Counted from the first letter of the whole stretch, positions 23,132 through 33,326 are shown. The stretch: 59,351 nucleotides of DNA, filler included, from Barthelona sp. PAP020 (GCA_040182905.1; 5 parts of 5 records of this genome joined end to end with filler, not necessarily neighbours in it); one strand, 5' to 3'. Notes: a model not told the origin generated them from the sequence alone. Numbers and translations are program-made.

Positions 23132-23440
23132 TTGGTCCAGCAGTGAAACAACAATATTTCCTTGCAAAGAAAAAGCAACCAAAGGAAACTCATTTCCTCA
23201 AATCTCAGCCGCAGAAAAGGTGTGGCTGAAATTGAATCTTGCTCATCAAGTGTGAAAATTTTGGAAACATTTTCCATTCCAATTTTTTTTTAGCTTTGGA
23301 AAAGCAAAATTTTAAAGTTTGAACTTAACTTTAGAAAACTAAAAGTTACAACAGATCAATCGGGCCTCGAAAGCCTTTTATCAAAAAAAATTCAATTCTT
23401 TCTTATTCATTCATACGCACAGTGTTTCTTGACTTGGAAA
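23132..23440 (+). repeat. degenerate dispersed repeat family C, copy 1
   Basis: Motif TTGGTCCAGCAGTGAAACAAC (23132-23152) recurs at 35251 and 57152. Motif TCATACGCACAGTGTTTCTTGACTTGGAAA (23411-23440) recurs at 57785-57814 (27/30 identical). Confidence 0.6.
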
Positions 23441-23617
23441 AAATTTGAAAGATTTTACTTTCAAAAATCAAATATCATTACCACTTGAAATATAAATATA
23501 TAGAAGGTTAAGGAAAATTCCCCTTTAACCATGTCGATACAGTTAATCAGTTAATGATTTGAAATCAGGGTTGTGAAAATAAGTAAAGTTAAAAGGTTAA
23601 AAAAAATCACAATCACA

Positions 23618-23690
23618 TCCGGGTTGGCATAGTTGGTAGCGCATTCGCTTAGTAAGCGAAAGGTCGACGGTTCAAGTCCGTCACTCGGAA
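23618..23690 (+). tRNA. tRNA-Thr(AGT)
   Basis: 73-nt cloverleaf: acceptor TCCGGGT/ACTCGGA, D loop AGTTGGTA, anticodon arm TTCGC-TTAGTAA-GCGAA (AGT at 23651-23653), T arm GACGG-TTCAAGT-CCGTC. No encoded CCA; followed by TTGTTTTT (Pol III terminator-like). Confidence 0.95.
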
Positions 23691-23739
23691 TTGTTTTTAC
23701 AAAAAAAAAAAAAGAGGAACGGGATCGAGTCTCCACTTT

Positions 23740-23839
23740 NNNNNNNNNNNNNNNNNNNNNNNNNNNNNNNNNNNNNNNNNNNNTTAATTAATTAANNNNN
23801 NNNNNNNNNNNNNNNNNNNNNNNNNNNNNNNNNNNNNNN
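23740..23839. other. artificial contig linker
   Basis: 44N-TTAATTAATTAA-44N. Confidence 0.97.
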
Positions 23840-23915
23840 GCAGGCTGAAACTTTGTAGGATTAATCTCTGATACTGGTTGATCTGGTGTAGGGAAACAGG
23901 CTAGCATATTGTGGG

Positions 23916-23989
23916 TTTTGCTTGACTCACACAAACGCATCCTAACATTTTCTTGTTGTTGCTCTCTTATGAAATGCCCGCTGCGCTTC
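23916..23989 (-). repeat. dispersed repeat family A, copy 1
   Basis: Minus strand GAAGCGCAGCGGGCATTTCATAAG...AAGAAAA...ATGCG...TGAGTCAAGCAAAA aligns with plus strand 47415-47490. Confidence 0.7.
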
Positions 23990-24022
23990 CCAATAAAAAA
24001 AATAAAAATGTTTCCAGTTCAG

Positions 24023-24070
24023 AAGGGGAGGGTATTTAAAGGAAAGTGTAGTACTTTCCTTTAGCCCCTT
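24023..24070. repeat. inverted repeat / hairpin
   Basis: Perfect 11-bp stem TAAAGGAAAGT (24037-47)/ACTTTCCTTTA (24053-63) with loop GTAGT, plus outer pairing AAGGGG/CCCCTT. Confidence 0.8.
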
Positions 24071-24422
24071 GATTCACTTTAAATGTCTCCACTTATGTTC
24101 TTTTGGTAATACTTTGATATTCTTTGTTGACTTTTTCCATTTAATTGTTTCCTTAATCTTAGAATTCTTTCGATTCCGTGTTATTGCTTCAGCTTTTCAA
24201 TTTTGATGCCCATTTATTTTAGAAATTGCAAAAAGAAACCTTAAACACATTTATACTGTGTTTCACCTGAAATCCGTCCGCTTTGCTACAAATACTTTGT
24301 TTGAAGTTTGTTGCTTGCAATTACTGATGTTAACGGGAATCGAAATTGAAAGTTAAATGACAACAAAGAATCAAACAATTCATAACAGGATGAATACAAG
24401 TGTACATAGCAGTTATTCCCTA

Positions 24423-24584
24423 ATCCACACCTAAAGAATTTCCTTTTTTTTTTTTTTTAAGAGTGTTCTGAACTATCAGGCAAAACAATGAAGTTGCAAG
24501 TGCCCCACAAAAAAAAAAAAAAAAAACTCTAACCGAGACCAATGAAGGTCTTTACAATTATTTATTATTATTGTATTGTGAACA
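24423..24584 (+). repeat. dispersed repeat family B, copy 1
   Basis: Colinear blocks ATCCACACCTAAAG, T-run, TGTTCT, GCAAAAC, AGTTGCAA, CCCC, AAACYCTAACCGAGA, TCTTTA, ATTTATTRTTATTGT and GTGAACA are shared with 47180-47320. Confidence 0.8.
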
Positions 24585-25052
24585 AAGAAAAGAAAAGTTT
24601 CAAATGTAGGTGGCTTCATTTTCTAAAAATAAGTGTAATTTTCCATTTTACCCACAAATTTCTATTAGCTTTTGGATAAATTCATCCATTTTGCTCCAAA
24701 AATATTTGACAAAAGAAAGATGCAAACCATTTTTGAAACAATAAATGAAGAAAATGTGCAAACTGAATTCAATCTATTCATCTTGACAATCAAGTCCAGT
24801 TGTTCTTGAAAACAAAAAAAAAAAAAACTCACGAAACAAATCAATTCCAGTCAAAAAATGAAATACGAAAAAAAAAAAAAAAGTGACAGTTGTTTTATCA
24901 AAAGAAAGACAGAATACAAAAAAAAATAGGAAAAATTCTTACAACGAAGAATACAATCTCACTTAAGAAATTATAACAAGAGAGTTGGATTATTATCAAA
25001 TAAAAGATGTCAAACGTATTTTGACTTGAAAAACAAATGATTGCAAAGCAAA

Positions 25053-27020
25053 CTAAGAATCTGTTGGGGAAGGATCATTATCAATGATTTCTATTGAAAT
25101 ATCATCTAATAAAACCAAATTGTCATCTAATTGAGTTTCAATTTGGGAATCAAAACATTTTTCCACCAAAAGCTGATTCTTTTCTTTTTCACCATCATCA
25201 ACAACAACAACAACAGTGTCTTCTTTAAAAGTAGTTGACACAGTTTCATCAATTTGTTGCTCAGAAATCATATCAAGCGTTTGAGATACAACAGGAAGCA
25301 AAATACTGGCATGAATATTTCTATTTGTCTGTTTGCTGAACAATTTACACCAAGATACAAAATATTTATTAACCGTTAACTCCATTCTACTAGATTCAAA
25401 AGAAATATATGAAACATTTGGATGTTTATCAGCAAAGTTTACATATTCACTGAAAATAGGTGTAAGATGAGCATTGGTAATATCTGAATCAACAATTTCA
25501 TACTGTTTCAGACACAATTTATACAAACGTCTAGCTTGTTTCAAAATATCATTTGGATGATACTTTAAGATTAGTTTTCTAACTTTATTAGAACTTTTGG
25601 AATGAATTGAAAAAGATGAAGCAATCTGAAAAAATAATTTTTCAATTTGTACAATGGGTAAAATATCTGAAAACGAAAGTAGACACCAAATAATCTTCAG
25701 TTTTCTTAGTTGTTGATTTTCAAATTTAGTTTGTTTAATTTCTTCAATACCAATGCATTCAAGATACTCCTTTATCAAAAAGCAATAAAAACTGAGAAGT
25801 ACCATCTGTTTCTCGATCTGAAATTCCATTAGAAATATTTCAATTTGATTCAACAAAGTTAAACGAACAACGTCATCCTTATTAGGAATTCCAATGCAAG
25901 CCAAAACATTTTTAATGTAAAGAAAAAGACTATTTGAATGAGTATCACAATGTTTCGCCAAAATTTTTATATAATCAAAAAAAGGGATTAGAAATATCAA
26001 CAATTTGTCCTTTTGCAAATGAAAATTCATTTCAAATTTTTTGAAACCTTCATTTGCACTTTCAATTTTTTTTTCCAAAAAATTAAAACTTTGGGAAAAC
26101 TTTGAATAATTTGATTCAAAAAAGCTTACACAGTTTGAAGATATTAGATCATGAATGTGAATATCTTCAATGAATAACAATCTACTCATTTCAAAAATGT
26201 TTTCAGTTGCGAAATTCTCAATCACATCATCCAATGTTCTTGTGGAAATTGTTATGTTTCTCAATTGTGCAGGAAAATACCAGTAATCTTGTTTAATTTC
26301 AAAAGTACTGTAAAAAATACTGCTGATGTTTATGTAATTCACATCACCATCTGAATTATTTGCAGTTTTTTTAAAATTCAGTTTTTTGACTGAAACATGC
26401 GGTAAATGATAAAAATTAGAGAGAGTATTGTGTAAGCGCTTTTCGAAATACTCACGTTTCAATTTCATTCTTCTTATCAAGAGAATCATCCAAAATTTCA
26501 TAAATTGGGAAGGAAATATACATGAACACTTCTTATCATCACAAGTTAATAGATGTTCTTTCAAATGACTAAAGATCTGTGATAATTGATTGGTGATTTT
26601 TTGAGAATTAGCAGAATAACATAACCAGGAGGCAAAAAAAGGCCAAACATTATAATTAGATTCTTTGATTAATGTTTCAAAAGATTTTTCATTCAAAAAA
26701 GTTCGATTAATTTCATAAAATATTGATTTTTTATTGTTTGTATATTTATCAACATCTAAAAAGTAATTTTCAGTTGGAAGCGAAAATATCAGTTTTAAAT
26801 CAAACGTTTTTCCAGATCCCATCGCAAAACTTAGTCTGAATGAATCTTCTAACATATTAATATTATCTTCGCAATCAAAAATAGTTGTGTATTGATCATA
26901 TTTTGGTTTCGAGTCATTATTTGCATTAAACATTGGTGGGGTCATATCAATCGTAAATTCAGGTAGTTCATAAGGAATATCCGAAAATTCATCTTCTTCA
27001 ACAGAACAAAAACAACCCAT
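25053..27020 (-). CDS. hypothetical protein, predicted N-myristoylated/palmitoylated
   Basis: 655-aa ORF starting MGCFCS. No other motif recognised. Confidence 0.8.
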   Translation of the reverse strand: MGCFCSVEEDEFSDIPYELPEFTIDMTPPMFNANNDSKPKYDQYTTIFDCEDNINMLEDSFRLSFAMGSGKTFDLKLIFSLPTENYFLDVDKYTNNKKSIFYEINRTFLNEKSFETLIKESNYNVWPFFASWLCYSANSQKITNQLSQIFSHLKEHLLTCDDKKCSCIFPSQFMKFWMILLIRRMKLKREYFEKRLHNTLSNFYHLPHVSVKKLNFKKTANNSDGDVNYINISSIFYSTFEIKQDYWYFPAQLRNITISTRTLDDVIENFATENIFEMSRLLFIEDIHIHDLISSNCVSFFESNYSKFSQSFNFLEKKIESANEGFKKFEMNFHLQKDKLLIFLIPFFDYIKILAKHCDTHSNSLFLYIKNVLACIGIPNKDDVVRLTLLNQIEIFLMEFQIEKQMVLLSFYCFLIKEYLECIGIEEIKQTKFENQQLRKLKIIWCLLSFSDILPIVQIEKLFFQIASSFSIHSKSSNKVRKLILKYHPNDILKQARRLYKLCLKQYEIVDSDITNAHLTPIFSEYVNFADKHPNVSYISFESSRMELTVNKYFVSWCKLFSKQTNRNIHASILLPVVSQTLDMISEQQIDETVSTTFKEDTVVVVVDDGEKEKNQLLVEKCFDSQIETQLDDNLVLLDDISIEIIDNDPSPTDS

Positions 27021-27353
27021 TATTGATTAAATATGTTCAATTGGAATTGAAATTTGTTTTGTTGCTGTTTTTTTCCTCCTCCACAAATTTTTTTTCACAT
27101 TTAATTAAAAGGGTTTCGTGTTATTATTGTAAATTTATGAATCCAATGAATCATTTAATCCATTAAGAAATTGATTGAATTGATGATTTGGAAAAAGAAT
27201 TTTTACTTCTTTTATAGACATTGAAATTCATTAAAATATTGAATGATTATCATCATTGAAACAAATTGTACCAAAATGTAAATGAAAACAATTAAAAAAA
27301 TCAAATCTACACATTTACAAATTTTTTGGGAAACAGAAAAAAAAATAATTTCC

Positions 27354-30300
27354 TTAATATTCATCAAAACTAAAGGATGGTGGGAAAAGTTGTATAAAAT
27401 TGGTTTCTTCAATAGTTAGAACTTTCCCAAAACTGTCTTTATCATGCAAATAATAATTTTGAGAAACAATAAATTTAAAATTATTGGATCTTGCATCCTT
27501 TAAGAACTGGTAGAATATTGTAATCAATCTGTTAGCATTTTTAATATTTAAAGAATCTGTTGAATAATTTTTGATGCTTAAAATGGTAGTCATTAGTGAT
27601 AATATTGGGCAAAAAGCCTTCATATCGTTTCTAGCAAAAGGATTCGCACCATTTTCAACTAAAAAATCGATTATTTTCATAATATCGTCAGAACAATCAA
27701 ATAAAATACAATTTTGAAAAGCCACACACAAAGGACTTCCCCAAAGAGACAACGAATCAATGCTAACATCCAAAGTTAATAATTGTTGCATTTTTTCGAT
27801 GCAAAAAGGAATATTACCACGAGACAAAATATGCAACAAAGTAAATCTTTCTACACCATAAGTTGCATGAATATCGATTTGTTTTAAAATTTCTTCCTCC
27901 CATTCAGGGGTGTTTGATTCAAATAATATCTCTTTTGGAATGCATTTTTCAAAAGTATGATCAAAACCCTTGGTAAACAATCTGCTATTGACCCATCTAT
28001 CCAATTCTGTTGTGCCTTTATAGATTCTTTCAATTGCTTCCATTTGTGTGAAAGAAAAATTCCATTGAGCCATTAAAGCATTTGCAGGATCCAAAAATTT
28101 GGGATCAGCCATAACAAACATCTGTGCCACTTCAAACATTCCTTTCTTGAAGGAAAAATCAAAAGCTTCTTTTGTAACTTTTATGTTGTGCTTCAAAAGC
28201 AATTTTATTGTTTCAACATTACCTGAATATGTCGCAGTTTTGATTGCACTTCCATTTTCATATTGTAAAATATCATTTTCCAATAGATATTGAATAATTT
28301 CCAAGTTTCCATTCAAGCAAGCTCTTGATAGGGAACTGAATCCTTGTTTGTCAGTAAAATTCAGTGTTTCTTTGTCAACACTAACAAATTTTTCAATTAT
28401 GGCCAAATTGTTCCCACATATAGCCAAGTAACAAGGAGAAGCACCCGATTTTGAATCAAAAATGTTGATTTCATAATCTTTTTTGTTATCAATCAACCAG
28501 AAACTAGCTTCATTTGATCCATATTTACAAGCATAATGTAAAGGAGTATAATCCTTTGAATCGTATGTGTTTAGAGCAAAACCAATTTTGAAAAATGCTG
28601 ACAAATCAACAGAACTATTGTTCCAAGCATTCAAATGCTGAACCAACTGCTTTGATTTTTTATCTTTAGGATTAAATCCATAAGGTATCCTCAAATTGCA
28701 ATGAGAAAAATCAATTACTTTTTCAAGAGCACAATAATTTTGAATTGTTTCTCCTGCCAAAAAAATGGCGGTCTGATGTCTGGAGTCAAATTCATATATA
28801 TCAGCATTAGCATTCTTTAAAACCTTAAACATGCTTAAATTGTCATTTTTGCAAGCTCTATGCATAGCAGTTTCTCCGAAATATTTACAATTGACGTTCC
28901 AATTCAGTTCTAATAAACTTTTGATAATCTTATTGTCAGGACAACAAACAAACAATTGACTATCCTTATTTTTTGCTTTTAATTTAGATAAATTTTCATC
29001 TGTTAGAAATTGCTTGAAGATTGGGAAATTACCACGTAAGATGACTGTTTTCATTGCAAAATTACCATATTTATTCTCTAAGAAAGCATCTGCCCCCTTT
29101 TCAAACAAATAAATTGCCAATTTCCAAAATTCTTTTTCACAAGCTATTGTCAATGGTGTCCAACCATTCTTATTCATCATATTAATATCAAAACCAATAT
29201 CAATTAGATACTCAACACTTTCAATATCATTATTGATACAACAAATAATTAAAGGATGCTCAATAGTCTCCAAAAGATGGAATTGTTTGAATTCTTTCAT
29301 TGTAAACTCTTTTTCCTTCAAATATTTGATAATATCTTTGTTTTCAAAGTTATTGATCCGCTTATTATATCTTAGTCCATTTTGAATGTACAATAATTCA
29401 GTGTCAATCTCAAATAACAATTTACTTCTTTGATCAATTTTAGTTGATTCAAGAAGATAACTAAAAATTTCGTTGGAATAACGATATGCAAGTGACATTA
29501 ATTTTCGTCCATCATACTGTAATTCTAAATTTGTAAAGCAAGCCTTTACAATATCCAAACTATCATGTTTGATAGCAAATTCAATGGCTGTACCAAAACC
29601 TTCAACATTTAAATTGGCGTCTATTCCGTTAGTGACCAAAAATTGAAACATCTTCCAATATCCTCTGATAATTAAACCATGTAAAATGGACCATCTGTTG
29701 ATATTACAATTGATATCAACACCACCTCTCAAAAATACAACAATCACTTTGAAATGGTTGTTATATGCCGCAATATAAAGTGGTGTCAAACCATATTTAT
29801 TTCTCTGATTGCATAAGGTTCTGTTAAACAATAATTTGACCAAGCGATGATATCCTTCTTGCGCAGCAATATGTATGACACTATTTCCTTTGTCATTAAC
29901 AATCTTAGGATTCACACCACACTTTAACAACAATTGAACAGCTTTTAGATTATTCAGAAAAACTGCATGATGTAATAAGGTCGAACCTCTGTTATCAACA
30001 CAATTGATCAAATCAGTATTTGCTTTAAGAACTTTTTCTAATTCATTCAATTCATTCAAATATAACAAAATAAATGCTTCATGACCAATTATATGATTTA
30101 AACTGTGATAGTCAACTGCTTTATGACTTGAATCATCACTATCTATTTGATGTAATTTCGATTCTGAATTATTGGAAATTTTAGAAAGGTTAAATAATTT
30201 AAACGGAATTTTAACAGCTTCATAGTCATTTTTTCTATCAACTGAAAAGAATGTTACTTTTTGAGTTTCATCAACAGCTCCATGTATCAACAAATCAGGA

Positions 30301-33300
30301 ATAATCTCCAAAAAGTCAATTTTGTGTGCATAAATAAAAGGACTAGAATAAATTGAAGATTTTTGATTTACTGCAATCCCATGAGTCAATAAAAAACGAC
30401 ACATCTCTAAATTTCTATGTTGAATAGCACAATGTAAAGGAGAATAACCATCATTCATTGATTGATTAATATCACAACCATTGGCGCACAAATATGCTGC
30501 CAAATCAATATCACCTTTCTGTACTGCACACATTATTGCATTGGATCCATTGTTTAAGACTGTTTTACAAGCTAAATTCAATTCTTCTATTAAATAAAAT
30601 AAAATTTCTAAATGAGTATGTTGAACTGCTAAATAAACAATATCTGCACCATTATGAGTTTTAATCGTTAAAATATCATTGTTAATGCCCATCGATTTTT
30701 GTTTTTCAACTAAAATTTTCAAAATCTTAAAATTATTATACTTGACAGCCAAATGAAAAGCGTTAAATCCATTGAAAATGTTCATACTCACATCATACCC
30801 TTTTTGAAGTAAATATACCAAAAAATCGAAATCAGTTTCAATAAACAGTGAAAACAAAGATTCACCAGCAACAATAGTGTTGATATTGGCACCTCTTTCA
30901 ATTAGCCATTTGATATATTCAACATTTTTATCTTTAGCAGCCTTAATTAACATATCACAATTTTTATTACCATTTGAATAATTTAAGCTACCATTAAATT
31001 CATTCAAAAGGAATTCAATCATATTTTTTTCACACGATTCAACACATTGTTTCATATAAATTGCAAGATTATTCATTTGTTTACCATATTTATTGATTAA
31101 ATGAGATAATAACTCAACAAAACCATATTTAAAGATATATTTCATATAAATTTCATTGTCCATTAAAATTTGAAACATTTGAACAATATATTTTTGAAAA
31201 ATTTCAACAATTTCAAAATTCTTCCCTTTTATCAATTTTTCATATGAAACAGTCTTCAAAAAATTCATTTTCTCTTTTTCTTCAATTTTTTCAAATAAAT
31301 AATTGAATATTTCAAAATTTCCCACTTCAACACATAATATCAAACTTTCTTGAATATGTATCAAACTAAATTCTTCTTTTTCACAAAAATAACAAGCAAA
31401 TTCAATGTTGTCATTTAAACAAGCATATTCTAGACCACTTTTTTTGTTATCATCAAGAGTATTGATATTGAAACCTCCTTCAATAAACAATTTAAATATC
31501 TTTAAATTATTTTCATAAATTGCAAAAAAAAAGGCTTCACGAGTGCACTTTTCCTTTAGAATTTGAGCTAATTCATAATTGTTGGAATAAATACTTACAA
31601 TACAAGGATGTAAACCTTCACAACTGTGATAATTTTTGTGATTCATCAAATAATTCATTATTTCATAATGTTTATGATATGCTGAAATGGCTATTGGGTT
31701 CCATCTATTATTAATTGAGATTTGTTTGTTAAAGTCAGCACCATTCTCAACCAACGCTTGGACAATCTCAAAATCACCCTTCTCACATGCCAAATAAATA
31801 GGTGTACAACCATTATGTAAAGGTTTGTTGATGATATCAAAAATAAAATGGGACTTTCTATATTCAAGAACACTTTGAACTATTTCAAAGTGTTTATTCA
31901 AAACCGCAAAATATAACGCATTATGTTCTTCGTCTTCAGAAATTGAAATAAATTTCAACAAAAAAGTGAAGATCGATACATGTCCACAGACAGCAGCAAC
32001 ATTAAGAACTGTTCCAGAATATTTGTTGGTTGTATTTACAAAAATGTTGTAACCATTCTTTATCAATAATTCAACAACATCTAACCTATTTTCAAGTACT
32101 GCATACTCAAACAAACTTTGATTTTCTTGATTCAAATTGTTGAATCCAAGTGATAAACCTTCTTTAATCTCTTCAATTTGACTTCTTTTTACATTGTCAA
32201 ACATCTTAATTGTTTCATCCAAAGAAAATTCTTTGATATTCTTTGCAAGAACAATATCCTTGTCCAATGATAATATTCTCTTTTGTAACGTATCGACAAA
32301 ATGCGAAGATAAATCAGCACGAACGAAAAATTTACGAAGAATGGATATTCCATCAGCATATTGAAAAAATATATTCGATTTCATGATGAAGTCAGACGAA
32401 AAGTTTTCACAATATTTTGAAAACTTTGGCAAATTTTCATCCTTTGACAAAAATTTTGTAAAAGCATTATAGATATCCTTTCTGTTATTTTGTGCAATTT
32501 TTTCCAATATTCTTTCAATATCAATTGCATTTAAACATTCATTCATATCTAATTGATGAAACAAGTTAAAAAGTTCAATATCTCCAAAAAAATAATTGTT
32601 ACAAACCATAAAATCAATTATCTTGTCTAACTTCTCAACAAACAATTCACTATCTTTTTTATTGATATTTTTATCAAAAAGAGGCGTTAAAATGTACTCA
32701 AAAAATATGTCTGCCTCTTTTTTCCTCTCAAAAGCATCACAATGTTGCATCAATTTAACCAATTTTCCAATTATTTTATATAATTTCTCAAAATCACCCC
32801 AATCATATAAAATAAAAAAGTTATAAACGTTGGTTTTGCCTTGATTGAAAATACAAGTCAGTATTGGCACAATGGCTTTTTTCCAACAAACAATATTCTT
32901 TTCATCCAATAATATTTCCCAAATATGCTTTAAAAGCATAATATAGTTCTTGGATTTCCGATTATTTTTATCAACTGTCCAGTATTTGCATTCTTTCAAA
33001 TCAACAAAGAATTCATTTTTTAATATTGAAAGATCAAAATAATGTTGATTAATTTTAACCTTATTTGAAAATAAATATGGAAAAACAATTTCTTTTAACA
33101 AAAATTGATTGTCATTTCTCAATAATTCCTGCATTTTTCGACAAAAGTTGGAAAAACATGAAGGTTCAATCAATATTCTATCTTTCTTTAATATTTGTTG
33201 AAATCCTAACAAAATGTTTTTGATACCATCAACTTCATATTTGGAATTAATCTCATTTAACCAATTAAAATCACCTTTTTCAGGTAAAAAGCAAATTTCA

Positions 33301-33326
33301 AATCGTTTCAACTCATCTGAATTCAT
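27354..33326 (-). CDS. giant ankyrin-repeat protein (1990 aa)
   Basis: Many ankyrin repeats, e.g. GCTPIYLACEKGDFEIVQALVENGAD, GYSPLHCAIQHRNLEMCRFLLTHG, GLTPLYIAAYNNHFKVIVVFLRGGVD, YTPLHYACKYG. Confidence 0.93.
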   Translation of the reverse strand: MNSDELKRFEICFLPEKGDFNWLNEINSKYEVDGIKNILLGFQQILKKDRILIEPSCFSNFCRKMQELLRNDNQFLLKEIVFPYLFSNKVKINQHYFDLSILKNEFFVDLKECKYWTVDKNNRKSKNYIMLLKHIWEILLDEKNIVCWKKAIVPILTCIFNQGKTNVYNFFILYDWGDFEKLYKIIGKLVKLMQHCDAFERKKEADIFFEYILTPLFDKNINKKDSELFVEKLDKIIDFMVCNNYFFGDIELFNLFHQLDMNECLNAIDIERILEKIAQNNRKDIYNAFTKFLSKDENLPKFSKYCENFSSDFIMKSNIFFQYADGISILRKFFVRADLSSHFVDTLQKRILSLDKDIVLAKNIKEFSLDETIKMFDNVKRSQIEEIKEGLSLGFNNLNQENQSLFEYAVLENRLDVVELLIKNGYNIFVNTTNKYSGTVLNVAAVCGHVSIFTFLLKFISISEDEEHNALYFAVLNKHFEIVQSVLEYRKSHFIFDIINKPLHNGCTPIYLACEKGDFEIVQALVENGADFNKQISINNRWNPIAISAYHKHYEIMNYLMNHKNYHSCEGLHPCIVSIYSNNYELAQILKEKCTREAFFFAIYENNLKIFKLFIEGGFNINTLDDNKKSGLEYACLNDNIEFACYFCEKEEFSLIHIQESLILCVEVGNFEIFNYLFEKIEEKEKMNFLKTVSYEKLIKGKNFEIVEIFQKYIVQMFQILMDNEIYMKYIFKYGFVELLSHLINKYGKQMNNLAIYMKQCVESCEKNMIEFLLNEFNGSLNYSNGNKNCDMLIKAAKDKNVEYIKWLIERGANINTIVAGESLFSLFIETDFDFLVYLLQKGYDVSMNIFNGFNAFHLAVKYNNFKILKILVEKQKSMGINNDILTIKTHNGADIVYLAVQHTHLEILFYLIEELNLACKTVLNNGSNAIMCAVQKGDIDLAAYLCANGCDINQSMNDGYSPLHCAIQHRNLEMCRFLLTHGIAVNQKSSIYSSPFIYAHKIDFLEIIPDLLIHGAVDETQKVTFFSVDRKNDYEAVKIPFKLFNLSKISNNSESKLHQIDSDDSSHKAVDYHSLNHIIGHEAFILLYLNELNELEKVLKANTDLINCVDNRGSTLLHHAVFLNNLKAVQLLLKCGVNPKIVNDKGNSVIHIAAQEGYHRLVKLLFNRTLCNQRNKYGLTPLYIAAYNNHFKVIVVFLRGGVDINCNINRWSILHGLIIRGYWKMFQFLVTNGIDANLNVEGFGTAIEFAIKHDSLDIVKACFTNLELQYDGRKLMSLAYRYSNEIFSYLLESTKIDQRSKLLFEIDTELLYIQNGLRYNKRINNFENKDIIKYLKEKEFTMKEFKQFHLLETIEHPLIICCINNDIESVEYLIDIGFDINMMNKNGWTPLTIACEKEFWKLAIYLFEKGADAFLENKYGNFAMKTVILRGNFPIFKQFLTDENLSKLKAKNKDSQLFVCCPDNKIIKSLLELNWNVNCKYFGETAMHRACKNDNLSMFKVLKNANADIYEFDSRHQTAIFLAGETIQNYCALEKVIDFSHCNLRIPYGFNPKDKKSKQLVQHLNAWNNSSVDLSAFFKIGFALNTYDSKDYTPLHYACKYGSNEASFWLIDNKKDYEINIFDSKSGASPCYLAICGNNLAIIEKFVSVDKETLNFTDKQGFSSLSRACLNGNLEIIQYLLENDILQYENGSAIKTATYSGNVETIKLLLKHNIKVTKEAFDFSFKKGMFEVAQMFVMADPKFLDPANALMAQWNFSFTQMEAIERIYKGTTELDRWVNSRLFTKGFDHTFEKCIPKEILFESNTPEWEEEILKQIDIHATYGVERFTLLHILSRGNIPFCIEKMQQLLTLDVSIDSLSLWGSPLCVAFQNCILFDCSDDIMKIIDFLVENGANPFARNDMKAFCPILSLMTTILSIKNYSTDSLNIKNANRLITIFYQFLKDARSNNFKFIVSQNYYLHDKDSFGKVLTIEETNFIQLFPPSFSFDEY

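Noticed and set aside
23203..23264. U2-like pieces (TCTCAGCC...TGGCTGA hairpin, ATCAAGTGT, Sm-like AATTTTGG)
   Set aside because: The essential GTAGTA branch-pairing sequence is missing, spacing is wrong, and Sm-like motifs are common in AT-rich DNA.
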